Positions 8,627 to 17,805 of a stretch of 64,000 nt of DNA are shown here, in pieces. The stretch's first letter is position 1. Every line of letters starts with the position of its first letter. Source of the stretch: a virus (Duplodnaviria > Heunggongvirae > Uroviricota > Caudoviricetes). The notes beneath the pieces were generated by a model. It was given only the letters and a program-made list of their open reading frames with translations, searched no databases and was not told the DNA's origin. A program made the position numbers and the translations under genes. The stretch covers positions 36,770 through 100,769 of the IMG/VR virus record IMGVR_UViG_3300048672_000527; one strand, 5' to 3'.

Positions 8627-9017
8627 TATTAGCTCCAAGTTTCTTCTTAATCAAATCACTCAATTCGGCTGTTGTACCCGTAAACACAATAGAGTTATTT
8701 GTCACTGTTGCCGGTGTTTCTGGTGTAGGTGGTGTTATCTTTTGCTCTTTTTGGTGTGTGTCCACTACACGAGTATTCAAATCAGCTGCGGTTGTTAACA
8801 AAGTCGCCAGCACTTCATATGCCCGCGGGCTATCACTATTGCGCGCCATATCGAGAGCAAGCTCTAAAGCTTGATCTGCAGTCTTGGCAAGCCGACGCAG
8901 ATTATTACGTGCTTGTTCTGCATCTTCATGTACAGTGTTACTTTCAGCAATCACTGGCGGCAACGGGGATGGCGGGATAGGAGTTATATCAAAAACTTCA
9001 GAAATTTTATCAGTCAT
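8607..9017 (-). CDS. gp16: Terminase small subunit
   Basis: ARNNL..ALELALDMARNSDSPRAYEVLATLL and VTNNSIVFTGTTAELSDLIK are the characteristic gp16 motifs. Confidence 0.85.
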   Translation of the reverse strand: MTDKISEVFDITPIPPSPLPPVIAESNTVHEDAEQARNNLRRLAKTADQALELALDMARNSDSPRAYEVLATLLTTAADLNTRVVDTHQKEQKITPPTPETPATVTNNSIVFTGTTAELSDLIKKKLGANNETIAN

Positions 9018-10258
9018 TATGTAGATTCCTCTTCATCAACATGTTGTTGTAGTGCAGCAGAAGCATTATTCAAATCACTTCCATTACCAGTGATCATATT
9101 ACCCAAAGAGGCGATAGAGTTCTTTAATTTAGCCGTAGCGCCAGGTACTGTATCCAGACTGCGCGATACCTGGTTAAACTGATTTCCCATAGACGAGAAA
9201 TTCACACCCAAAGAGGCAATATTACCTGGCATACCTTTAAGTCCAGCAACGACCCCAATTTTGCTTGCTGTGCCATTTAGATCAGTACGGACTTTAGCGA
9301 AAGGTTTTCCAAGACCAACCGAACTAAGGACTGTGTCGATTCCACCAAGCGTACCAGAAATAGAATTAACGGCTCCTGCAATCTGTCCCGCTGGCGCAGT
9401 AATAGCAGTTAGACTACGTCCTAGATTGGTAATACCAGAACCAAATGACACGAAGTTATTTGAAAGATCGCTGAAACTAGATAGCAAAGAACTTGCGCCA
9501 CTTATAGGTGACGTACCAAACAGACCCGCGATTGAACCAGACTGCGTACCCATTTCCGCACCAGCTTGAGAGCCGTAATTCGCCAGACTGTTCTCAATGT
9601 CTCTTGCTTCAAAGTTAAATGGCAGGCGGCCTGTATCTGTTGGTAAAGAAAGTGGGACAGTGCCGCCACCCGATGGACTTGTTGTTCCGATTGGTGTATT
9701 AACACCTCGTGTATTAGCAGAGTTTGCATCAGCAGCATACACACTTCCTGTATCGTAATCTTTAATCCAGTTCTTATACTGGAGTTGTACAGTCAAAGCA
9801 ATGACATCTTTACTATCATATGAGAGTGCAACGTCCTGAATTTGTTTTGGGTATGCATCAATCAATGTGACATTTAGAATGTCCTTATTATTCTTATCCT
9901 GTAGAACTATGTTCACATTACGCTTATATTCTTTGGCATATCCGACGAAGCGTGTTTTACGGTCATAGACTTTGTTCATCCAAGAATCAAAGAATACCTT
10001 GGCGGACATTTCATTATCTAAAATGAATGTCAACGTCACCGGTTCATACGAGATGCCATATGGCATAGTTAGATTTTCACCCCAGATTTTTGTATCTGCT
10101 GTGTCAATACTAACGCCGGGAATACTTACTGAGTTAGCAAACATGAATATGTCGGGTACATTCATACCCATGACGTTAACACGGTAGCGTGAACCGGTTG
10201 GTAAACCAACCGTGCGTACTCGGGTTTTAAAATTATCGTATGCGTCTTTTGTTGCCAT
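9017..10258 (-). CDS. gp54: Tail-tube-initiator (gp54/gp19-fold) protein with a ~245-aa C-terminal extension
   Basis: SVSIPG..MPYGISYEPVTLTF..FFDSWMNKV..Y....AYP...LTVQLQY in the first ~165 aa; the rest is Gly/Ser/Ala/Asn-rich. Confidence 0.7.
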   Translation of the reverse strand: MATKDAYDNFKTRVRTVGLPTGSRYRVNVMGMNVPDIFMFANSVSIPGVSIDTADTKIWGENLTMPYGISYEPVTLTFILDNEMSAKVFFDSWMNKVYDRKTRFVGYAKEYKRNVNIVLQDKNNKDILNVTLIDAYPKQIQDVALSYDSKDVIALTVQLQYKNWIKDYDTGSVYAADANSANTRGVNTPIGTTSPSGGGTVPLSLPTDTGRLPFNFEARDIENSLANYGSQAGAEMGTQSGSIAGLFGTSPISGASSLLSSFSDLSNNFVSFGSGITNLGRSLTAITAPAGQIAGAVNSISGTLGGIDTVLSSVGLGKPFAKVRTDLNGTASKIGVVAGLKGMPGNIASLGVNFSSMGNQFNQVSRSLDTVPGATAKLKNSIASLGNMITGNGSDLNNASAALQQHVDEEEST

Positions 10259-10840
10259 TTATTTTCTCAGCGAGTCAGCCCAGACTCTTTGTTTTGATGC
10301 TCCAACGAATCGTTCCACAGGTAGCATCATGGCCGTTGCCCAGTCTTCTGGTTTCACTTTCATATAACGAGATTTGACGTGATCAACCAGATAGTGTTTA
10401 ATACATGCTTGTGCGCCAGGTACATTACTCATCGCCATTACAGTCCCCCACTGGTACTTGAGTTTGGTATTGTTATCCAGCTTCTTGATACCCTGTATGT
10501 CCATTAGAGCTTTGAATAGTGCAAACCGCTCTTGATAGCCAAGATAGTGTAGGTTGAGACCTAGAAAACCACCAGGGACTTGCTTATAAGGAAACACCAT
10601 CGGAAACTGGTCATAATACGGTAGTTTCTCTTTTAGCTTTGGGTCATAGTAAAAGAAGTGTAATTGACCTGGTACTATATTTGAACGAAGATCATCTATA
10701 CCATCTCGCAATAACAACGCGTTCGGGGTTACTTTACCTTTAGCCATTAATTTCACCTGGTCATCAAACCATCGACGTGAGTCCTGGACCTGTTTAAGAT
10801 CCACGTGAAATTTGTCTAGAATAGGTCTTTTTATTGTCAT
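10259..10840 (-). CDS. gp2: DNA end protector protein
   Basis: FFYYDPKLKEKLPYYDQFP, GFLGLNLHYL, CIKHYL..HVKS motifs. Confidence 0.92.
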   Translation of the reverse strand: MTIKRPILDKFHVDLKQVQDSRRWFDDQVKLMAKGKVTPNALLLRDGIDDLRSNIVPGQLHFFYYDPKLKEKLPYYDQFPMVFPYKQVPGGFLGLNLHYLGYQERFALFKALMDIQGIKKLDNNTKLKYQWGTVMAMSNVPGAQACIKHYLVDHVKSRYMKVKPEDWATAMMLPVERFVGASKQRVWADSLRK

Positions 10841-11274
10841 CCGAAAAGGTGTTTTTCTGTGAGTACTATGAATTCCATGTTATTCTTTTTACAGAAAGAA
10901 TCCGCAGCTGCCCACTTTGCTTGATTTACAGTGTATGTTGCAATCTCTTCTATGTATTTATTCGTTTTCTTTGATCTTTTTACCGGCGGTTTTGTCTGTG
11001 CATCCGGCTTGATTTCTATCAAATACTTCTTAAATGCATCACCCTTTTGAATAATAACCGCCATATCAACGAAATATCTGTGCATCTTATTATCAACAGG
11101 GGAATAATATGGAATAATAACTTCCTCTGAAGACATATAAACTATATCTGGGTGGTTGTCCGCCCATTTAAGCATTTTTAATTCCCATGATGATCTATAA
11201 ATTATATTATTAACATCCCCCACATATTTGTGTGGATTTTTCATTATATAACGGCCCTGCAAATATTTGCGCAT
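10837..11274 (-). CDS. gp4: Head completion nuclease
   Basis: KNPHKYVGD..IIYRSSWE, IPYYSPVDNKMHRYFVD, IEIKP, NQAKW. Confidence 0.95.
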   Translation of the reverse strand: MRKYLQGRYIMKNPHKYVGDVNNIIYRSSWELKMLKWADNHPDIVYMSSEEVIIPYYSPVDNKMHRYFVDMAVIIQKGDAFKKYLIEIKPDAQTKPPVKRSKKTNKYIEEIATYTVNQAKWAAADSFCKKNNMEFIVLTEKHLFG

Positions 11275-11301
11275 ATGAATTCATTATCCCATAAATATTA
11301 G

Positions 11302-12072
11302 ATGATATATTTATACATTAAAACACATAATAAGACTGGTCTAAAATATTTTGGTAAAACTATAAGAAAAGACCCTTATTCTTATCTCGGGTCCGGTACT
11401 TACTGGAAAAAACATTTAGCGAAACACGGTAATGATATTCACACCGAAATTATAGGTGAATATGAAAATGAAATTTCATGTAGGAAAGATGCTATCCAAT
11501 TTAGTATTGATAATAATATTATTGAGTCAAAAGAATGGGCAAATTTAAAAATAGAAACACTAGATGGTGGGTGGGACCACATTAATACACTATCAAAAGA
11601 AATAAGATTGAAAAAATGGCATGAGTGGTGGGGATCGTTATCAGCCGAGGAAAAATTTCTTATTAATAAGAAAAAATCATCACCATCTGATCAAAATCAT
11701 TGGTTCAGAAAAGAACGATCGGGCAAAAATAACCCAAGATATGGGGCTACACTCAGTGAAGATCACAAATTACTTCTTAGTACAATTAACAGAAATAAAA
11801 TTGTAGTTAAAGACATCAATACAGGTAAAACCGTGGGTTTTATTGAAAAAACCCACCCCAATGTTATAGCAGGACTGTGGGTGAGTATTAATAATGGGCA
11901 CAAACATACCGAAGAATTTAAGACAAAAAGATCAGAACTAGCCAGAGAAAGATGTTATAAACCACCCTCACAAGTCGGAAAACTATGGTGGAATGATGGT
12001 AGTGTTAATATAAGAGCAGAAAATTCGCCTGGCACTAATTTCACACGTGGTAGAATAAAATGGAAACATTAA
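11302..12072 (+). CDS. Seg-like GIY-YIG homing endonuclease (NUMOD3-type C-terminus)
   Basis: YLYIKTHNKTGLKYFGKT..YLGSGTYW..HG; WANLKIETLDGG; LSEDHK; LWWNDG. Confidence 0.85.
   Translation: MIYLYIKTHNKTGLKYFGKTIRKDPYSYLGSGTYWKKHLAKHGNDIHTEIIGEYENEISCRKDAIQFSIDNNIIESKEWANLKIETLDGGWDHINTLSKEIRLKKWHEWWGSLSAEEKFLINKKKSSPSDQNHWFRKERSGKNNPRYGATLSEDHKLLLSTINRNKIVVKDINTGKTVGFIEKTHPNVIAGLWVSINNGHKHTEEFKTKRSELARERCYKPPSQVGKLWWNDGSVNIRAENSPGTNFTRGRIKWKH
11308..11315 (-). promoter_or_regulatory. Late promoter for the gp4-gp2-gp54-gp16-gp26 operon
   Basis: Exact TATAAATA on the minus strand, 34 nt upstream of the gp4 ATG, inside codons 3-5 of the divergent endonuclease. Confidence 0.6.
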
Positions 12073-12080
12073 TATAAATA
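12073..12080 (+). promoter_or_regulatory. Late promoter (TATAAATA) for gp48 onward
   Basis: Exact consensus, then AGAGGT RBS and ATG 12106. Confidence 0.8.
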
Positions 12081-12105
12081 TTACATTAACACAAAGAGGT
12101 ATTTA

Positions 12106-13164
12106 ATGAGCGATATTCAAATAGCAGCTCAACTGGCAAAGGCATCTGGACAATCTGTAGACGAGGTTTATAACGGTAAAAATCTTGACTATACTCTGTC
12201 TAGCGAGAGCCTGTCAAAATACAAAACAAAGAATCTCTGCTACCCAATTGATCTTGGTTCTACAGACTCAGAGTATGGCCAGCACCGAATTGTGTTCTTT
12301 ATCAATGCTCAAGGCGCATCGAAACTACAATCATCGAAAACTGCACCAACAGTTGAAATGCCACCTTCTCGTTTCTCTACAGCATCCGGCGAGGAAATAG
12401 CCAAAGCGCGACAACATGGCGGTGAATCTGTTAAGAATCTAGGTGATTCCATTGGTACTAATATAGGTTCTGATTCTGTACAACGAATTACGGCACCAAA
12501 GAAGCGTCTCGAGGCTGCTATTAGCCTCTATATGCCCGAGAATCTACAAAAGTCATATAGTGTTGGTTGGGGTGAGGTAGATGGGCAAGAATTTTCTGAT
12601 CAAGCTTTGCAACTTGAAATAGCCAACAATATTATTGATGGTATTAAGAACAATAAAATTTTAGATAAGGGGTGGGATAGTGCCAAAGCTCTTGCTGGTA
12701 ATGTAGCACGTAAAATCATAGGTAAGCAAGAATATCTACAAAAGGCTACAAGTATTACCCCTGGAAATACTAAAAGCGAGCAGCTATTCCGCAATGTCGA
12801 TTATGCCACGGTTCAGTTTGATTATAACTTTGCACCAAAGAGTGAGCAAGAATCTGCAAATGTTTTGAATATCATCCGTATGTTCCGTCACCACATGTTG
12901 CCAGAGTATTTGGATACAAAGTCATATCTGTTTATCTATCCGTCTGAGTTTGAGATTCGTTATTACTTTGGCGATACAGAGAATCGGAACTTAGAAACCC
13001 ATATGACCGCTGTGTTAACTAATATGAATATCAACTATAATCCGAACGGGCAGTTTACTACATTCAAGAATGGTATGCCAACGCATATTAACATTAGCTT
13101 GACGTTTAAAGAGTTGGCATACCCAACCAAGGAAACTAGTGGCGTTGATCGCCCGGGGGCTTAA
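12106..13164 (+). CDS. gp48: Baseplate tail-tube cap
   Basis: LCYPIDL, AISLYMP, EQLFRNV, FDYNFAPKS..ES, YPSEFEIRYY, AVLTNMNINY.PNG, ISLTFKEL. Confidence 0.9.
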   Translation: MSDIQIAAQLAKASGQSVDEVYNGKNLDYTLSSESLSKYKTKNLCYPIDLGSTDSEYGQHRIVFFINAQGASKLQSSKTAPTVEMPPSRFSTASGEEIAKARQHGGESVKNLGDSIGTNIGSDSVQRITAPKKRLEAAISLYMPENLQKSYSVGWGEVDGQEFSDQALQLEIANNIIDGIKNNKILDKGWDSAKALAGNVARKIIGKQEYLQKATSITPGNTKSEQLFRNVDYATVQFDYNFAPKSEQESANVLNIIRMFRHHMLPEYLDTKSYLFIYPSEFEIRYYFGDTENRNLETHMTAVLTNMNINYNPNGQFTTFKNGMPTHINISLTFKELAYPTKETSGVDRPGA

Positions 13165-13167
13165 TAT

Positions 13168-13686
13168 ATGTATTTTGGTGAATTTCCAAGTATTCTGTAT
13201 CAGTTCAATATTAAGGGTAAGAATGTCCTTAAGGTAGTTCGTGATATCACATTAAATGTTCGGCCATTAGAAGATATTCTTAATAACATCGAGTTATATA
13301 ACGACTATGATATTGAAGATGGAGATACACCAGAGGTTATCTCCGAGAAAATTTATGGTACACCTTTTTATCACTGGATTATAATGCTGGTCAACGAAAA
13401 ATATGATTATACAGAGGATTATCCTCTAAGCAATGACAAGCTATCTACGTTTGTAACTCAGAAGTATGGTAGTGGTAATGAGTACGCTATTCACTCGTTG
13501 TATGGACGCCCACACTATGAATATCTGGGTAAAGTAGTTGACTCTAATATACCAGGTGCAGCTGCAATTAGTAATTTTGATTATGAATTTAGACTGAACG
13601 AGGCTAAGCGTCGTATCCGTGTCGTAGCTCCGGTGTACATTAATAAATTCAGTAATGATTTAACAGAAGCATTCAATAATGGCTGA
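13168..13686 (+). CDS. gp53: Baseplate wedge subunit (LysM-like)
   Basis: MYFGEFP; YDIEDGDTPEVISEKIYGTPFYHWIIMLVN; NEAKRRI. Confidence 0.92.
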   Translation: MYFGEFPSILYQFNIKGKNVLKVVRDITLNVRPLEDILNNIELYNDYDIEDGDTPEVISEKIYGTPFYHWIIMLVNEKYDYTEDYPLSNDKLSTFVTQKYGSGNEYAIHSLYGRPHYEYLGKVVDSNIPGAAAISNFDYEFRLNEAKRRIRVVAPVYINKFSNDLTEAFNNG

Positions 13687-14959
13687 TTTATTTTACGCGG
13701 GGCAACACCAACTTGATGCTGTAGAGATTCTCCAATCTGGTGGTATTTCTCTAGATATTAAACCGCACGTTTCTCAGCTAACCATATACGAGGATATGTT
13801 CTCCCCGTTTATGACTGGAAATATCATCACAAACGACACCGTGGACATAATGAATATGCTTGGTCAGCAAGGTGATGATATGCTTCACATCAAAGTGTAT
13901 ACGCCAGATATTGATAAGAAGAACTATATCGACAAGTATTTTCATATCTATAAGGTGTCGGATAGAACCGACCTAGGAGATAGAAGAATATCCCATGTTA
14001 TACACTTCGGTAGTGTAGATATGCTTACCGAATCTAGTATGCGTATCAGTAAAACATATAAGGATTTACCACATAAGATTATCGAGAATATCCTGAATAG
14101 TGAAATAGAAACAGATGTTGATTTCAATTCAGATAAAACAATAAACACAGTACAATATACATCGAACTATTGGACACCGGTTAAAAATATCACATATCTA
14201 ACTGACCATGCCGTAGGTACAGATGGACTACCTAGTTTTTCTTTTTACGAGAATCGCTATGGTTATCAGTTTCGTCAGTTGACGGGTTTTGCATCTGATG
14301 GTGTAAAACCTATTAATTCTTTCAGCACCAGTAATTTCAATGCCGAAGTTAAATCTACAGGAACAGAAACCGGTGCTATTGTAAAGGATTTGAATATCGA
14401 CTATAAGACTGTGCTTGATATGCGTCAACCGTTGCACTTTGATTATTACAAAGACTTACAGTCAGGTATGCTTAATTCACGTTTGCAGTATTATGATTTG
14501 GTGACAAAGAAGCGTTATGTTATAACATTCGATATGAACGACGAGACACACCCGCTTTTGAATCCACAAAGATTCTATAAAGATCGAATTGCCGATAATA
14601 GCTATTCTGACGATGAGGGTTCTATTTTCATTAGTGGTGAGTCCGTATATGGACTATATAATGGTGCGACTGATACAACCAATTTAAAGTTCGTGCAGAA
14701 ACGTAATTCAATTTTGAGACAAATTCAATCGTATAGAGTCGAAATTGATGTATTTGGTCGTACAGATTATACTGTCGGTTCTAAGGTAACACTTGGGGCA
14801 AATAAGATTCGTAGATTTGATAAAGGCAGCTCTGAAAAAGAGATTCAGGACCCAATGGTTACAGGTAACTATATTATCTCTGCTATTTGCCACAGATTTA
14901 CTACAGATAAGCACGTGGCCACACTTGAGCTGATTAAAGATTCGATTTTAAAGGTTTAA
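13679..14959 (+). CDS. Baseplate hub protein (gp27/GpD-like)
   Basis: LTIYEDMFSPFMTG, FSFYENRYGYQF, VTGNYIISAICH..TLELIKDS; sits between gp53 and gp5. Confidence 0.7.
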   Translation: MADLFYAGQHQLDAVEILQSGGISLDIKPHVSQLTIYEDMFSPFMTGNIITNDTVDIMNMLGQQGDDMLHIKVYTPDIDKKNYIDKYFHIYKVSDRTDLGDRRISHVIHFGSVDMLTESSMRISKTYKDLPHKIIENILNSEIETDVDFNSDKTINTVQYTSNYWTPVKNITYLTDHAVGTDGLPSFSFYENRYGYQFRQLTGFASDGVKPINSFSTSNFNAEVKSTGTETGAIVKDLNIDYKTVLDMRQPLHFDYYKDLQSGMLNSRLQYYDLVTKKRYVITFDMNDETHPLLNPQRFYKDRIADNSYSDDEGSIFISGESVYGLYNGATDTTNLKFVQKRNSILRQIQSYRVEIDVFGRTDYTVGSKVTLGANKIRRFDKGSSEKEIQDPMVTGNYIISAICHRFTTDKHVATLELIKDSILKV

Positions 14960-14960
14960 C

Positions 14961-17414
14961 ATGTTTTATATTGGTATAGTTGAAAACAGAACCGATGATC
15001 CGCTGAAGTTGGGCCGATGCAGAGTTCGCGTCGTAGGCCTACACACAGATGATAAGAACAAACTACCAACCGAGGATTTACCTTGGGCTGTGGTTATGCA
15101 ACCAACAAGTTCGGCTGCAATTAGTGGTATTGGAACATCACCTACCGGACCTGTAGAAGGTAGCACGGTTATTGTTATCTTCCGTGATGATTATCAACAG
15201 CACCCTATTATCATTGGTACGATTGCCGGTATTCCAGAAACACCAAAAGGGATGGCAGCAAAGACTGCGACATCTACTTCCGAACAGACCGTAACGAATA
15301 CACTTAAATCTAGCTCAGGTTCAAATGTAGTTGATAGTAGAGGTAATCCTGTGCAAACAGGGTCATCTACCACAACCACAGTAGAAAAGAAACCAGAGAT
15401 CAAGAAACCAACAAAGAGTTTAGTACCTTCTGATGCTTGTTATGCAGAGATTCGAAGAGAAGAAGGTTTGTGCTCTACTGTTAAAGGTAAGTATAAACCG
15501 ACTACCGATTCATACACTGGTACAGTTTATGCATATCAAGACACGAATGGGATTTGGACGATTGGATGGGGTAATACATATCTCGCCGACAATACGCGTG
15601 TTGATGCAAATACTGAACTACAAAAGTCTGAATGCGATGCTTTGCTAAAACTTAAAGTTGATAAAGACTTTGGGCCTTCAGTACAACGTAATCTTAAAGT
15701 GCCTGTGACACAGAGTATGTTCGATGCTCTTGTTTCTATTGCATATAATAAAGGCGCTGGTGGATTATATAAAACTGCTGCATGGGCTGCATTGCAGACT
15801 GGTAATTACGAACAGGCAGCTGCACTTATTCCGAGTGTGGTTAGTGATCCAAAACTTGCCGGGCGATATAAGCGTGCTCAAGCACTCTTCATGAGTGATG
15901 GCTTTCCTACCAAGGATATGTCCGAGATTATTCCGCCGCCTTCAACAAAGGAACAAGCTGAACAACAGAAGGATGCTACACAAAATCCAGTTGTGAAGCT
16001 GAAATCTGATACAGACACAAATAACGTTGCCGGTAGCGGAACTGTTAGTGATTCTACCTCTGGTAAAGACGTTGGTTTTAAAGACCCAAATAATGTATAT
16101 CCAAAATATTTTGGAGAGCCAGATACACACAGATTAGCACGTCATGAGAAGATTGATCAAACGATCGTTTTCTCTAAGGAATCTGCGCGCGTCAAAAATG
16201 TCGTTTCTGGCGGCGGAAATAAGTGGTCTCAGCCACCTATCCCATATAATGCAAAATATCCATTTAACCAAATTCGCGTGTCAGAAAGCGGTCACGTAGA
16301 AGAAATAGATGATACCAAGGATAATGAGCGACTACACCGTTATCACCGTTCTGGCACATTTGAGGAAATTGATGTCAACGGTACACTTGTTCGCCGAATA
16401 GTTGGTGACGACTACGAGATTCTAGAACGTAACGGTAATGTATTGATCAAAGGTACGTGTAATGTCACCGTCATAGGTAATCAGAATATTCTAGTACAAA
16501 ATGATGCAAACATCGATGTTTATGGCAACCTAAATACCACTGTAGGTGGTGATATTAATCTTGGTGCCACTGGAGATGTTAACGTCACAGCAGGTGGGCA
16601 GATTAGTCTAAAGGCAGGCGGGGACGTTGCATTGGATGGTTCTAATATACAACTGAACAGCGGTAAGTCAAAATCTGCGCCAAAGGGTAAAGGAAGTGCC
16701 AGCGGTGTACCGGATATGCCTGTATTAACTACACCAAATCGTTTCCAGGAATTGGACGCAAACTACGAAGCACCAGATGAAGGTGATTCCGCGGAATTCA
16801 ATAAAGCTAAGGAAAATTTGGGAGCTTCTGATTCAGAAGACACAACAGATAACACTGTGGTAAAAGAAGAAGTTCCACCTGAAAAGAAGCCAGAACCCAT
16901 CAAGAAAACTGAAAAACCGAAGCCGACGGAATATACTAGATCGTATCTATTAACACAAAATTTCACTCTTGGACGTGTATTATGTAGGGAAGATATACCT
17001 ACTGGTACTAATATGGGTCTCAATCCAGATCAAATTATTGATAATTTACGAACTCTTTGTGAAAATTGCTTAGAACCAATTTTGGCTTCATATCCAAATT
17101 TAGTTTTATCTAATTCCTGGAGAAGTGAAGCAAAAAATAAGAGTGTTGGTGGCTCAACAACTAGCGATCACTTACCCGGTTGCGCTGCAGATTTTCAATT
17201 GCCTGGGTTTACACGAGAACAGTATTATAATGCTGTGGTAAACTTGTCAAGTAGCTTACCAGCATATACACAATTGATTTTGGAATACGAGGGTAGTAAA
17301 ACTTGGATTCACGTTTCATATAATGAAAAGAAGGGTGCAAAAATGGAACGATTAACTGGGTTTAAAACTGGTAGTAAATCGTCATTTAAGACAAATTATA
17401 TTTTAATAGCATAA
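14961..17414 (+). CDS. gp5: Central spike: OB domain + GH24 lysozyme + beta-helix + C-terminal M15 peptidase
   Basis: GIVENR.DDPLKLGRCRVRV.G.H, LPWA (OB); EEG..AYQDTNGIWTIGWG, FDALVSIAYNKG (lysozyme); ESGH.EEIDDT, V.G repeats; SDHLPGCAADF and WIHVSY (M15). Confidence 0.92.
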   Translation: MFYIGIVENRTDDPLKLGRCRVRVVGLHTDDKNKLPTEDLPWAVVMQPTSSAAISGIGTSPTGPVEGSTVIVIFRDDYQQHPIIIGTIAGIPETPKGMAAKTATSTSEQTVTNTLKSSSGSNVVDSRGNPVQTGSSTTTTVEKKPEIKKPTKSLVPSDACYAEIRREEGLCSTVKGKYKPTTDSYTGTVYAYQDTNGIWTIGWGNTYLADNTRVDANTELQKSECDALLKLKVDKDFGPSVQRNLKVPVTQSMFDALVSIAYNKGAGGLYKTAAWAALQTGNYEQAAALIPSVVSDPKLAGRYKRAQALFMSDGFPTKDMSEIIPPPSTKEQAEQQKDATQNPVVKLKSDTDTNNVAGSGTVSDSTSGKDVGFKDPNNVYPKYFGEPDTHRLARHEKIDQTIVFSKESARVKNVVSGGGNKWSQPPIPYNAKYPFNQIRVSESGHVEEIDDTKDNERLHRYHRSGTFEEIDVNGTLVRRIVGDDYEILERNGNVLIKGTCNVTVIGNQNILVQNDANIDVYGNLNTTVGGDINLGATGDVNVTAGGQISLKAGGDVALDGSNIQLNSGKSKSAPKGKGSASGVPDMPVLTTPNRFQELDANYEAPDEGDSAEFNKAKENLGASDSEDTTDNTVVKEEVPPEKKPEPIKKTEKPKPTEYTRSYLLTQNFTLGRVLCREDIPTGTNMGLNPDQIIDNLRTLCENCLEPILASYPNLVLSNSWRSEAKNKSVGGSTTSDHLPGCAADFQLPGFTREQYYNAVVNLSSSLPAYTQLILEYEGSKTWIHVSYNEKKGAKMERLTGFKTGSKSSFKTNYILIA

Positions 17415-17415
17415 T

Positions 17416-17805
17416 ATGGCAACAACAAGAAAATACTCAGACCTAGATGCAGCATTTGCGCCAAACCCAAGTTCTGGAGACTTAAGTCTTCGAACAGATG
17501 AGGCGGCGGTCAAATTTGCTATTAGAAATTTGGTCATGACCGTTAATTTTGAGCGCCCCTTCGATAGTACAATAGGTAGCCAAGTTAACACACTACTGTT
17601 TGAACCTATTGATACTACCACGTCGATTCTTCTGAAGAAGATGATTACACAGACTATTACGAACCACGAACCACGTGCTGTTTTACTAGATGTCAATGTC
17701 ATAGAAGAAGCCGATGTTAATACGATCACAATTAACATTATCTTTAAGATAATAAATACTGAGCGACCACTTAACGTAACCATTGCCTTAGATAGAACAA
17801 GATGA
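17416..17805 (+). CDS. gp25: Baseplate wedge subunit
   Basis: YSDLD..F, AVKFAIRNLVMT..FERPF...GS..LLFEP, NHEPR. Confidence 0.93.
   Translation: MATTRKYSDLDAAFAPNPSSGDLSLRTDEAAVKFAIRNLVMTVNFERPFDSTIGSQVNTLLFEPIDTTTSILLKKMITQTITNHEPRAVLLDVNVIEEADVNTITINIIFKIINTERPLNVTIALDRTR

Noticed and set aside
17403-17783. 126-aa minus-strand ORF
   Set aside because: Antisense shadow of gp25; no RBS or motif.
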